A stretch of 64,000 nucleotides of DNA from Perkinsus chesapeaki ATCC PRA-425 (lineage: Eukaryota; Protista; Perkinsozoa), in the NCBI GenBank assembly GCA_013115145.1, contig JAAPAO010000038.1, forward strand, positions 47,738-111,737. Direction: 5' to 3'. The position numbers and the translations under genes are program-made. Each line of letters begins with the position of its first letter. The first letter of the stretch is position 1. This document shows positions 45,687 through 59,320 of the stretch, in pieces. The notes under the pieces are model-generated. The model did no database searches, was not told where the DNA came from, and saw only the letters and a list, made by a program, of their open reading frames with translations.

Positions 45687-48600
45687 ATGGATCACTACGA
45701 GCGACTGGAGAAGATCGGTGAGGGTACGTACGGTATAGTTTACAAGGCGAGGGACGCTGAGGTGGGATAGGATCATAGGAGGAGACAGAGGCAGAATTAT
45801 TGTGTTGTAGGGTAATTTATTTGCATTGAAAACTATTAGATTGGAAGCTGAAGATGAAGGTAGTAAGCGCAGGGAGGGCGTGGATCTGACTTTGATATTG
45901 CTTGCGATGTGGGAAATTATTGGATGATGATGATGAAAATGAGGATACTGCTTGGCTGTGGAAGAATTACGGAAGAAGTTTTGATTTGGTGGTTTAAGGA
46001 AAATATTTCGGTTGCGGTTACATAGTATTTATGTTCGAGTTTCAGGTATACCATCAACAGCTATTCGTGAGATATCCCTTTTGAAGGAACTGAGGCATCC
46101 TAATATTGTGCGGTGAGTATTTAGAAAATCTCATACCGACTTTTCCATTATCTCCTAAAGTTTGTGTGACGTCATCCACACTGAGCGCAAGCTGACGCTG
46201 GTGTTTGAGTACTTGGATCAGGATTTGAAGAAATTGATGGATAGTTGCGGACATCGTAATAATAGGATCAATTCTTTGCCGCTTCATTGTTGGTGCAGAT
46301 GGGCTCGATCCGGTTACTACCAAGTCGTTCCTGTATCAACTGTTAAGTGGAGTGAATCATTGTCATCAACATAGGGTACTATATCTGGGGGATGGGGATT
46401 GGTTGGAAGAGAGATTATCTTTCATCATCACATACACATTTTTTGTTATATCATCTACATATACACATTTTCTTTACATATATTTTAAAGATATAATGTA
46501 TCAGACATTTTGATATATTTTCGAGAGAAAAATACGACGTTATTGGCGCCGCGTTGTCCAAATGTTTCCATCCATGAAAAAGATAGGTTGAAAAATTTCG
46601 TAAACTTATAGCGAGAGATAAATGTGCCTTTGAAGAGACAGTTTTGTGGGGTTCGTCTATCATGGAGTATTTGTTTATGCTGATTGGAAATGAAGCAGTA
46701 CGTGAACTGTAATCGTTCTTATGGACTCTTAGTCTATGCTGGGAAAATGGGGGGGTGGTAAATGATCGTCGAATTTGTGCGTTGAAGTTCCGTTAGTGTG
46801 TGATTTACGATTGACTTGTCATATTCCGGGCAGCATCTTTTGCAACTGGGGTTGCTCATTGCAACTGGCTAAAGGCCCTGTCGCAATTAATAGGAGCGTT
46901 CTCCTGGAGTGTATATGAATACAATTGCGTCACTCGCCTCGAAATTGTTGTTCAGATCCTCCATCGTGATCTTAAACCGCAGAACCTTTTGATAAGTAAA
47001 GACGGTGCCTTGAAGCTGGGTGACTTTGGGCTTGCCAGAGCATTTGGTATACCTGTTAGGAGCTACACGCATGAGGTGAGATAGATCCAAAGGGCAGCGG
47101 CGGTAGAAGACAGTTTTGGAAATTCCGGGCAGAGTTGTACTAGTGGCCAGATAATCAAATTTTGGTATTCAAGAAGGCGTAGAGCTTCTCAATAAGAGAC
47201 GGTAGGCGAGAAAATAAAACGATCATCGCGGAACACCGCTGGATGGGCCGCGGAAGGTTCGGTTATGGGCTTGATTTTCTTCGTTGGCTGGTCTTGTGGT
47301 ATTTCTTAATACATAACAAAACATTTTTTAGTGATGAGATTGTCTCTTGAACATTCCGCCCGGTGGAAAGTTGAATCAATAGTGAAGACTGCTGATCGAT
47401 ATGTTATGACGAACGAGGCCAATTTATAGATTTCGTCGATGCTGGCGCATTCGGCTTTTGGTCGCTAGTCACTCTACCGACGGCGTTTTGAATGTTTTGT
47501 ATGGAACAAGTCGATGACGCATTTTCTGGTAATTTGCTGGCCAGTTGAATTCCTTGTAGATTTACGTTGTAAATTCGACAGGTTGTAACGCTGTGGTATA
47601 GAGCGCCAGATGTGCTGATGGGCTCGAGAAAGTATTCCACACCAGTTGATATCTGGAGCGTTGGGTGTATCTTTGCCGAAATGGTCAATGGCAGGCCGCT
47701 TTTCCCAGGTAAATGGGACAAATGGGGACAGGTTTTGTGTCGGATGTGTTGGATGGCAGGGTCCTCTGATCAAGATCAACTTCAACGCATTTTTAAGACA
47801 CTTGGAACGCCGACGGTCGAGGAGTGGCCGACGGTGACTGAGCTGCCGGAGTGGAAGTGATGACTGGGAGGACGATGGGTGCATGTGTTTATGTGTTCAT
47901 TTTAGGGCGGACTTCCCGCAGTACGACCCTTTACCGTGGTCACAAATTGTCCCGACGCTTTCTCCAGATGGAGTGGACTTATTGGCCAGGCTGTTGAGGT
48001 GGGAGAGGGGAATTGGATATGAGCGACCTAGGACTAGTACTTGTGCTCGATTTATGGGTAACTCGAGTGTGGAGAATTCAATAGAAAAGGAATTAGCTCG
48101 AAATTCGACATACTTATCGATATTTTTGCCCGTCCAGACCGCACATCTCTAGATGTCGCGTACTGTAGGTTATCACGGGGATTGAGAGAATATGATATGT
48201 TGTATATAATTAAGTTTTATGTATGCAGAAGAAGGACTGAATTCGTGTTGAGCTTTTAAATGTATACAACTGTGAATTCATCTGCCTAATTATCCTGGTA
48301 TATCTTCTATCATCCGATTCTCACCGCAGCGGGAGATAACGAATGTTTACTAGTGAGTTATAATGTATAACTAAGTTGAATATAGACTCTGAAGAACGTA
48401 GAAGCGCTTCTTTCATATTCATGTATGAGATGATTATTATTATAATACTCCTATTAGTGTCGATGGCTGTGATACTTTTGTACATTTGTGTGTCTTTGAT
48501 TCCGTAGTACTCTTGTGTTCAAAATTTCACTTTTCAGCATTCAATATCGACTGAGAAATGGAAAAAATACGAACTATTCTATTCCATTGCGTTGGGCTGT

Positions 48601-48742
48601 AGACTAAGTAGTTCATCCTGGCTTATGAGAGAGAGTCTCTTCCCTAAGGTACGACCCGGCAAAACGCATAACAGCGAAGCAAGCTCTCGAGCATCCATAT
48701 TTCAACGATTTGCCTGATTACGCGAGAAGGATGACAAAGTGA
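45687..48742 (+). CDS. CDC2: Cyclin-dependent kinase, cdc2/CRK2(PK5)-like, multi-exon
   Basis: It has [90 protein letters not shown] and [18 protein letters not shown]. Confidence 0.97.
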
Positions 48743-49378
48743 TGGTACTACTGTTATGAATAATGATTGTTATTCCAATCGTCGTTAAAGTAAAATATTA
48801 AGGATGATAACACACTCGTTTGTTAGCCATTGTGGGTTGAGTTATCAGTACTCGGGAAGGAAATGGTTACGTCGGATTGACCTGGAGGATGATGTAGATG
48901 CGAGACATGTCGACGTAGGAGTCATACGCTTACATATTAATTACTATTGCTCTGCTATTAACTTACACACTAATACGCTTATAATACTGCCTGGTCGCTT
49001 TGCCCATACCTAAGAGGGTCTATTCCTCTACAGAGGGCCGATCTGAGGCAGGCAGGTTACAGATAGTCGAAGACAACTAATTATTAAACCTAATCGAATA
49101 TGTTGAGGTGAAATGTAATTGTCTTTAGTTAATTAATTCTGTTATATTAGCTGAGTAGCATGGCTCTTCATTATTGTGTGTCTCGGTTTGATAGAGGCAA
49201 TTCACGCAACTCGGGATAGTTCACTCAAACTAACGAGTTGCTCGTTTTGTTGGTCTCATCCGAAAACTCGAAGCTATCCTGGTTGCCTATTAGACTGATA
49301 CCTACTATATGGTTTGCCTTCCTCGGGTGCTTCCATTGTAACCCGCTTCCGGACACAGTTGGTTACTATTGATTGATT

Positions 49379-52300
49379 ATGATACTGACTGCAAAATTGC
49401 CTACATGTTCCGTGGCGGTTTCACGTTTGTCTGTTCGGCATTTCTCTCGAGTACTTCTGTGGGACGCGGACACACCGCATGCAAAATCAATGGAAAAGTT
49501 CAAGGAAGCGACGCCGTTAATGACGTGAGTTGTTCGCGCCGCAGCTGGACTAGTTGGCAACCACGGCAGGTATGCCTTGGATAATTCTGAGAAGTTCACC
49601 AAGAGGGATTGGCTGGCGGCATTGACGCTCTTGACGACTCGGAAGAATTTGGGAAGAAATAATCATGTGTAAGCGCGGTATCTTTCATTTCTGTCGATCG
49701 AGATCAGGAGATTTCGAGGACATTTTTCGGGAAAGGTGTTTTCCTGATTTTGTGTATAATTCGGGCTCACCATCGTTGCCGGGGGAGCTGCTACCCAATA
49801 GGAGTGGTGAATCTAGGTTATCAGTTGTGTAGGTGCATTTTGTACTTTATGCTTGTCCTAGCGTCCGGCGAGATTGCCCGATAGTGTAATTTTCAAAGCC
49901 TTATTTATAGGGCATCCTTTAGGTATCGCGAATTCATGTCCATGATTGTGTCCCAGCGAGAGATCTTCGGGAAAAGCTCCATTCATCTCATGCTTCATCG
50001 ATTGGCTGTTATTGGTGAGAGTCGGGGCGGCATCATAGAAGAATGTCAAGCGTCCTGTTTGGTTCTCGCTAGAGATGTTACCCGTGAAACTTCCTCTCGC
50101 ATCTTCCCTAATGAATAGCCACTGCTTGATCCACGGAGAGCGAGGCTTGGTGTGCGACCAAGGTGGTTGACCGCCGAGGTTGGCACACTCCCTGAGCGTT
50201 CTTGTCCAGCTCATCAATCCAGAGAGTTAGTAGAGGGTAGTTTTCTGCACCCGCAGGCTATACCTCACGAGGCATTGTACTGCCTACAATGTAGGTGTCG
50301 AAGCTCGTACCTAAGTATTGTGAACAGCGAGAACAATTTGTGAATGGGGACAGCGATTGTGTCGCTTGCATCAGGTGCATCGGCTAGTATATGGCAGCTT
50401 GTCCCATTTGTGTCAGCACAGCTATCAGGTCTGGAACCTAGACAGATATGTCTTATTTCATGGGCATTGGCGAAAGCAAGGGTAGGCGGAAAACATTCCC
50501 GTGGGAAACTTATTTTAGCGTATCTCAGGTTTTCGACAGTGACCTGAATGATAAGTTGTCCCGTTGGCTGCAAACAATCGATCCTCAACAACTGACCAAG
50601 ATAGTAAGCAATACGGTCTCGACGGTGGAGCCAGATAGTTTCGTCAGGATGCAGCGCATCTTGCGTGGAGCTACGCGCGGCGAGTCGAGATTGCGAAGGT
50701 CGAAGGTCAGGCTCTTCCGACAGCCCAGGTAAGTTTATTGCCTTTGGGCGTTGGGCGGGACTCCTGATTAATACAAGTTTTTGGTCGTATCGTTGAGGTA
50801 TTGTGATAGCTGTATACAATTCACTCCTGAAGTACGACTTGAACAATGGTTTGGGAACGTCTAAGCAACCATGCGGCAACGTGCGGCGGCACATGACTGT
50901 TAAGCGACACTCACTCAACCCTCAACCGAAGTGCTCTATTAAGCTCCGCAGTACCCCTGATATGGTACTGATGGGTCGCCCATCAGTACTGACTGCACTG
51001 GGAGAACGAGCAAACAGTCGCAATGCGACAGTGTCGCAGCGCACGTGGTTGGAGTTCTCGAACTATTTCAGCTGCAAGCCAGAGCGTAAGCACATCTGGG
51101 ATCTGCATACAATCGAAACCGCAACGCTAAGTGAAGTGCGTGACGGTATCGCAAAGGGTTACCTAGTTGCACTGTTCTCGCGGGGCGAGCTTGGCGACTC
51201 ACGATTGGAATTGGGCTACACTGTGACGTAGAGTAAGGGGTCTGCAGTGCAAACGGCTCTAGCCGTCCCAGAGTGGATCGTCAGGGTCTTGAGCACTCAA
51301 GACGACAAATCCTTACTGTAGCTAAATGGGAAACCATTATCAGATCAATGTAAGCTATCCGTCTATGGTTGGAAACTAGATCGCTTAAATGACGGCAGGA
51401 ATATTGAAGCAAGGCATCGTCCCCGTGATTGTCGTATGTACCGAACAGGCTTGGTGAACCTCTTCAACGACATTGACCCTGACTATACCCCTTTCATGCC
51501 AAGATCTACTATCTGTGAGTAACTGAGGCTTCAACATGGCCATAGACGGACACTACAGAAGCTGCAGGGGTCCCTGGACAGTCATGGCGGTACGTCACAT
51601 ATAGAGACTCAAGGATTCGGGACAAGCAGTTGGCTTGGAGCTTTGGCAGTTGTATAATATAGGTTGACAAGTTCAGCTTGTATCCCTCTAGAAGACTACC
51701 GTACTTCTACGGTTTTCCTTCTTGTTAAGGCCTTCAAACGAGCTTTGTCGAAGACGAAGGATCGTTGTCTTATAACGAATCGTTATAAGTACATGAACTT
51801 CGGTCGTGTAGCAGGACACGTTCATGTTATCAGTGCTTTTGCATGATGCTACTAGTAGCGGAGTATTAAGCAACGTTCAATCCAAGCTTCTCCGGCAAGG
51901 GTATCTTTAACCAAGTGTATACAGCGTTGTGTTGCCAGCATGACGCAGTGAAAATCACAAGCTTGCATCAGTGCTTCATATCTATTTTGATTCGTTTAAA
52001 AGTTCCTTTGCTTATCTGGAAACTTCTTAGTGGGAGTGCTCTAAGGTGATAGTATGAAATTGTTAGTCATGTGCCGCCGGACCGGACCGGTGGTGGTCAC
52101 TGTTCGATGCACATAACTTGCTCCAAGCAAGCAAGTTGATTGCCTGTATAACGCTCAATCTTCAGGAACTGAAGTGCCTCCATAGAGTAGTTGTGGCACA
52201 TGGGGTACGCCCTCCTAGCGGTGACAAAGCCAGTGGGCAAACGTATATTAGTGGAAGTCACAGCTCTGCTACAATGCTAAAGGCCGCTGCTGAGATATTC

Positions 52301-54800
52301 CCCAAGGTAGATTTGGGGCTAATCCTACTCTGGCGCCCTTAGCACTCCGGTGCATATCTTCTTCACGCGCATTTATATCCGTCACGGGTGGAATTATTTT
52401 GCGCTGACGTGGGAACAATGGCCACGACGGCGGTGAGCCGTTTGAACTTTCTTATGCAACCAAAGTCCCTAAAGTCGATTATGAGCTCAGTTTTGTCCCG
52501 AGCATAGAAATGACAATTTGTTTGATCAAGTTTGTGCGCGACGTTTCTTATTTCAAAATTGTTGTTGAAACACCACTGCGCATGTTCCGGAATCTTCCGA
52601 GGATCCCGCATTCACATATCAAATCTGACATTTCCTATCGGTTTTTTTCTCCGCAGGACCTTGGCTTGTTTACCGATTTGAGCGATACTATTCGGCATGC
52701 TGTACTGAGAGGAGAGTATTCATTTACTAGCCAGGAGCTCACCGGGTTGTGGACGGCAACAGTTATTATTGGAAACTCGCATAGAAAGTGCGCCGGAGGG
52801 GTTGCCTGTTGTCGAGGCTGGTATTGTGTATCTGCAAGATGCACCTCTAGATCGCCTCGGGACCTTGTCTCAGGGGTCCAGGCGGATGGTTATAGATTTA
52901 AGCGACTTCACTTGAGCTTCTCGGGAGCCCAGCGCGGAACACAGCAGAGCTGTGACAGCACATTGAAGTGTGACATGACGGCTTGCACCCGATCGGCATT
53001 TATTCAGATCTTCTCAGCGGAAATGGAGGATTCTTCGTATCTTCTCCGACCACACCTATTACGTGTTGTAGCCTGGAATCTCGAGTAGATCACAAAGATT
53101 GCACCAAATCGATCAACTGTTTTTTGATCTAAATACAGAAATTTTGTTTATCGCTCGCCGGGCCGAAGCGGAGGACATTCCGTCGCTCAAGTGATTTGGG
53201 TCGAATATGAAGTTGCACTTAGTTCGCAACACCCTAAGGCATTTAACCACACCCACAGACTGCTACTTGGCTTTGCCTACTCCACACGACGTATCCGAAC
53301 TTTCAGGCATATAAAGGACGAATGGATAGACTTCCTTCAAGAGCAAAGTCGAAGGCTGCGATTTGATATCGCATTCAATCAGTTCATGTGCCTTGCCATT
53401 GCCAGTAAGGTTGAGCTGGCCGCTTTTACATCTCCTTTTGTTTATCCCACAACGTCAGATGGAAAACTTGAGCGCGGAATGTGCACGAGTGGCCGATCCT
53501 TCGCTTTTAATGGGCATCTGCGTTTAAGTAGATTCCTACTAGCCTATTAGTAAAAGTACTACTACAAGTAAATTTTTTTCTCCTTTAAGTAGTAGGAGAA
53601 GAAATTTTGCTTTCCTATCTTTTCTCTCTTGCCTCACCTGAAGAGTTCCAAAAACCCTTTGTATCTACTGTACTCGGGTTATTTTCGACACTTTATATCT
53701 TATCAATCATTCTACTGAAACGTGACGCCCGCACGTTCAGCAGCTGCTACAAAGGAACCTTCTCACAGACTCTTCAACTGCATGAAGCGATTTCCTGATT
53801 TAGTCGTCGTAATTCGTCGCATTAGCCTACTTCTTTTTGACACCATCAGGGTCGGCGTGTTCGCTGGATGCCATGGACGCCCGAGTAATCTACCAATTAA
53901 TTCACTTTGTGGATAAAGGAGGCCTCAACATGAAGGCTGAGACGGGCGTGGAGCTGGCAGAGATCTTCGCCAAATCTGGCATAGACGATATTAACGCATG
54001 GAAGAGACTTGGTGAGCAGCTGACGACAACCGTCGGCGATAGCATAATTAAAGCTTCCCTTTAGCCGTGCTGTTCGAGAGGAAGGGCATCAGCTTGCAAT
54101 TGAGAGACATTCATCGTTTTAAGAGGTGAACGAAGAGCATCTATCCGGTTTCGGGAATTGTGGAACGTGTGCGCCCTGTGGGGCAGAAGATCATCTAAGT
54201 TTTACTATACACTTTGTGTGTGCAGAAATGGTCGATGGATGATGCACAACGGAAAACATGCGCTGATCTTCTGTTGCTTTCGGTGATCAGTTTATCCCCG
54301 AGTTCGCTTGAGCTCTGCCATATAATACAGGATATGGTTGATGCGGAACTTCACAAATAATCGCCTGCCGTTCCGAGGCTCATATGACAGAAAAGTTCCT
54401 CCTTCAGGGCATTCGAGCGGTCAGGCCGGATTAACCAGCGAATTGTGGGTTTCTATGATTTGTTCGTTAAAGCTCGAGAGGATGAGAAGAAGTATGGTCC
54501 AGCATGACATTCACCGTCTCTTGCATTGTTTCGGAAATCTCTCACGTGGTTGCGTTGCACCTTTTGTACCGTTTGCGAACGCGGAAAGGCGATGAGATCA
54601 TGAGACATGGGCTGGCTCGACTAAGTTGATTGTTGTTATCGAATCTCATCATGACCGTATCAAAACCGAGGAGCCATGTGACTCCGTCAAAAGAGGTAGG
54701 TCTTGGTCTGGAGCGGCCAAGGCGCGGCTGAGTCTTCTTTTCAGAAAAGACAAGCTCGCAGCGACACGGGTTCGGAGAAGTCTAACAGGTGACCGTCGTA
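49379..54800 (+). CDS. Long multi-exon helical-repeat protein (HPR/OPR/FASTK-like) with a mitochondrial-type presequence
   Basis: The N-terminus is MILTAKLPTCSVAVSRLSVRHFSR. Repeat-like exons include LSGLEPRQICLISWALAKAR, YSFTSQELTGLWTA and VELAEIFAKSGIDDINAWKRLG. No RAP domain was seen, and the boundaries are uncertain. Confidence 0.45.
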
Positions 54801-54999
54801 GCCCTCAATTGTTTCGTACTTCTGCCTTTTTAATTGTAATCTACTTCCGGGCCAGAAGTCTTATTGCTTCTTACTTTTATACTCCTTTTGATCCATATCT
54901 CTAGCCCGAATCAACTCCTGGTCATTACTGTTGGAATGACCGTTATTACTCAGAGTCGAGCCATGATGGTCGAAATTGAACCTAAGATATTATTTATTC

Positions 55000-56980
55000 T
55001 TCTCAGGAAGGGAGCATCTTCTCAAGTAAAAAAACCGAGAGTTCTCATCCATGGGACGCCCGCTCCAGTTGGATGGCATCTAGATTTCGAACTCTACGCG
55101 TTTGTTAGGTTAAAAATATGAAGCTTAAAGCTCTCGGAGGAGATCAATTCGTCGGGAGCAACTTCCGAGGTAGGCTTTACCTCTCCGGTTTCATCTTCGA
55201 CAAAGGGTAAAAGTCAGCTTACAGTTTTTACACCTTCCAAGGTGAAGTGTAAATTGAGAGAGGCTGGTTCGTCGAGCTCCATTGGAGTAACAAAGTCGTC
55301 TGTTGGGGAATCTGCGAGGAGAGCTTTCTTAGAAAGAGCATCTTTTAGTGTTCACCACACTCAATAAAATAAGTGTGACGAACTTTACAGCAGATCTAGT
55401 AGTGAATAAAGATAGCCATTCCTAACGATTAATACTCAATACTGGGCAGCGGCTGATGGATTTAAACGCTAAAAAGGCTTGTAGAAGGAAGGGGCTACTA
55501 AGCTAATGCAAGTAACTATCTTGCTTTCTTCCTACTTCTCAACTGATCACGATAGTGGCACTCGTCTTTAGTAAGTTATATACATATTTGAAGAGTTATA
55601 ATATGACCATTGAGATAGAATATGTTAGTCCATATATGATTTATATCAGTCAGGATCGTTGTTGAACTGCTCAAAGAGGGGAGCGTGCAGTCAGGAAAAA
55701 GCTTAATCGTCGAGATACTGTTGTCCGACTTTGGCTACATAACCAAAGGAAAGCACTGATCGAACCCCTCAACTTTCAACCTCGGTGCGTCCGAAGAGTA
55801 TTTGGTTGTTATCAGATCTAGCAACACAGCGATCGGTGATGAGATGGATTGAATCGGATCATTTAAGAATGCTCTATTCGAAAGAGGAAGTAGATAAGGC
55901 GTTCGGTAATGGTATAAGTGAAGAACAATTTGTTGACAATTGTCGAGAAGTAAGTACTGTAACTACTACAGCTGCTCCTCTTTACACTGTTTTATACAGG
56001 GTTAAGAGGCACTGTCGTTATTGCCCGTCCCAATTCTGCATCAGTTAGTGATAGATTATGGCTTTATATATATTTCTTCATGATGCATAAAACTTATTGT
56101 CCTCGAAGGTCCAAGTTTTAGCTCTCAGTACTGATGAGATGCTCCCCCGTCTTGCCTTACCAAATCATCTACGTTTCCCCTTTTCGGCTCCCTACAGTCT
56201 AACACACTTTATATCATCTCCTGGGGCCTGAGAGGGCCAATATCACATCGGAGCTTATATGGTATTCAAGCCAGCGTATCATCTCATTCCTACTTCTTCA
56301 TTATCATTTATTAAGCGGGATCTCCATATTACCTGAAAACGTATTTTCCGATATTTCCACCAGTTTTTTCCTTCACTGCCACTGCTCGCATCTTAGTACG
56401 CTTCACGAGTCATGCCGGAGCGGGAAGATGTGTACCACTCTTCGATGGAAGATATGATCAACGAACTGCTGAATGTCGCTGTGATGGACGCCTTCGCCGT
56501 GAAGGTTGGTGAGGATGTTACAATGTCAACGGTGGAGGACAGGACAGATAAGTGAGAATTATCGACTTGTCCTGGTCTCTATTGATTTCGTATCTAGGTC
56601 GAAGGCTGAGGCCTCGGATGTGAACACGGTTAACAGCCTTCTTGTTAAAATCGGATTACCTGCGCTGGCGGCCGGCGACGCCACTGTTGAAGAACTTCAG
56701 GCTGCGGTCCATGTAAGCTCTTCGGAGCGAATGGCTTTGTTGGCGATTTCAATTTCAGTGCATCGAAAGAGTCGCTGGAAATACCAAGGGTAAGCTCCTT
56801 CCGGGAGATATAAATACAATGCGAGTTGTATTGAGTAAGTGGCTGCCACTAGTCGTTATTATGTTCACCAAGCTTGTCGTTTAGGAGATAAATATCTTGA
56901 CCCCTGCCAGAGTGATGTGAATCATGCCATGGCACATTTACAGAACATCACAGCCAATCCTGTCTCTGATACATCGTAAG
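55000..56980 (+). CDS. Multi-exon hypothetical protein (may be the continuation of the upstream gene)
   Basis: Exon-like frames DLATQRSVMRWIESDHLRMLYSKEEVDKAF, MEDMINELLNVAVMDAFAVK and SKAEASDVNTVNSLLVKIGLPAL are flanked by GT/AG. Confidence 0.35.
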
Positions 56981-57470
56981 CGTCATTACTTATCTATAAG
57001 ATGTTATAAGGTTTATTTTGGTTATATAAGTTGTATGCATTAGCAATCAAAGAGAGTCTCTATTAGAGATAGGACATGCTTCGATTGTGCATCGATGTTA
57101 GCGTCAGCACAGCTTTACCGAGCGAAAAAGTTTGTTCTTCTTGGTTTTGCTTGCATTAAAAATACGATACTCCAACAGTGGGTTAATAAAATTAGCGGAG
57201 CCCTCGATGTTGATGGACAACCTTCTGACTCATAGAGAGTTTCGGATTTTTTGAGGTGTCGTAAAGCATCATCCTGGTCCTCACCAGATTGGATGGATTC
57301 TTCCCAGTTTTTGTATCAACTTAATTAATAAATACTTCAAAAATATAATTTATTTGGCATTTCTCAGGCGTGGCAGAGTTGGCCGATAAGATTCCCTAAA
57401 CACTGCTGTGACTTTTTTCTTCACTGAAGTACCTTTTGTTGTTAATTAATCATTTACCGAACCCGCAGAG

Positions 57471-59320
57471 ATGACCGCAGTTCGAGCAGCCGAAAACGAG
57501 AACGCTCCAAGTGATGGAGAAGATAACACGGTTAGCAATCGAGTGTCCTGCCAAGTAGAAATAAAATCATATCAGCGTCAAGTCGCACGATTGTCGTTAG
57601 GGTTGCGGGCGGTGGACCGAGACCCAGTTATGCTGCCCAAAGTGCTCGACATCTTTTGGCAGAACGTCCTTCTTTTGCACCCAGAAGTGCTTCGTGGACA
57701 ACTGGCCGGAACATTCCAAGTTGCACGCTGTCTTGACCAAGGCGGTGAGCTGGACAACAGGAGATAGGAGCAGCTGTAGATGTCCGCCGACAGGCTCGAA
57801 TACATAGAGGAGAACAGACATCGGTGACGAGCAGATCGTCACAGGGTTTGCCGGAGTCGACAGGCTCGACGACCTCGAAGAGCAAATCGACCGAGGAGGC
57901 GTCGGCTGCTATGCGAGAAGTTATCAAACGGAAAGACGCGTCTGCAAAACGACGTTTTAAGTAACGCGATGTCAGCGACGCATTTTTCATGCAGGCTCGG
58001 GACTAACCGAAAGCTCCGAAGATGAGGAGTTCATGATGTCGGCAAAGACTAAGGCGAGGATTAGAGAGTTCCTTGACTCAACCGCTAGAAAAATGACGTT
58101 CGAGCCGGGCGAAAGGAACCGGTGAGGCGGACTGTGGGGGACATGCCATTGGGGAAGGTCAACCAGAAGCGACGCATTTGGCGCCTTCTTCACCGAGGGC
58201 GTATCTTGTTTCGGGCTCACTGTCGTACTTCCGAGAATTGGGGACTCTTTGCCCTATGAGATGAGCTCAAGATGTCAGGGTTGAGAGGCCGAGCAACTCT
58301 AGTGGAGGCTCCGAAGGCGGTACAGGAAGCGCCTCTCCCAGTAGTAAGAACTTCGAGAACTCCGAGGCATTAGATATGTTCAGACTCCCAGCTTCGGTCC
58401 CGAGGAGTATTTCCCTCACTCACGGCATTACCTGTAGCTTCGGAAATGATGATCATGAGACCCCTGGCCTGCCATGACAGCCAGGAGCCAATTAATCGAG
58501 CTGGGCAACAGTAGAAATATGTCTAGTTCACCACGAATGATCTTATCAGGTCATTCGAAACCTTTATGGTAGACTCGACGAGATCTGTCATGGCGCTCGC
58601 TGGCCGAGCGATAACAGAGCCCAGGCAGCTACTTAGTGGTCTTAGACCAGCAATCTTAGTGCTTATATGCATGGTTGCCCTTCTTATCATCTCATCGGGG
58701 TGAACTCATTTGGCATTAGATCCTCCATCACCTTGTTTAGGACGTCACTCCACCAGCTGGACCGTGCGGCAGACTTCCTTCCCTTAACGCTGGTTGGCTC
58801 TGGGGCGCACCCGCGTCGACATATCTTAGAAGAGAAACTTCAAAGCCGAGGTGATGGCGCCTTGGCTGCATCCGAGGTCGCTTTCCGGCAAAGCATCACT
58901 CGGCCATCACGGTAGTTCAGTTCCTATCGGCTGCATCAAATCACAGTGATGGTGGTGGAGCATTACCGGTATTACGAGCGGAAAGCAGGGAAGTTGCCGT
59001 CGGGCAGGCCGCAGTAGAACAGCCGGCCTCTAATGCCGGCAAGGAGGTTGGCGTTGTTGCCGGACTTCCCGTGGAGGAGCGACAGACTGGCAAGAAGAAA
59101 GTGGGTCGAGAAAAGAACGCTGCCATTGCCCTTTATGTTTGGTAGACGGACGGTCTCCAAAATACTGGGAATGGTAACTCGAGCTCTCCAAGTGGGGAGG
59201 ACTATAAGAAGGCATTCTTCAAGCTTGCAAAGATGACAGGACATGAACAGGACATCTCCAGTTTTTTGTCGGAGAGTGTTGAGAAACATGAGCAAGTCTC
59301 AGTGGTGCGGCCAGCGTAAG
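57471..59320 (+). CDS. Multi-exon hypothetical protein
   Basis: It starts MTAVRAAENENAPSDGEDNT, with exons LRAVDRDPVMLPKVLDIFWQNVLLLHPEVLRG and EEFMMSAKTKARIREFLDS. No family was recognised. Confidence 0.4.
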
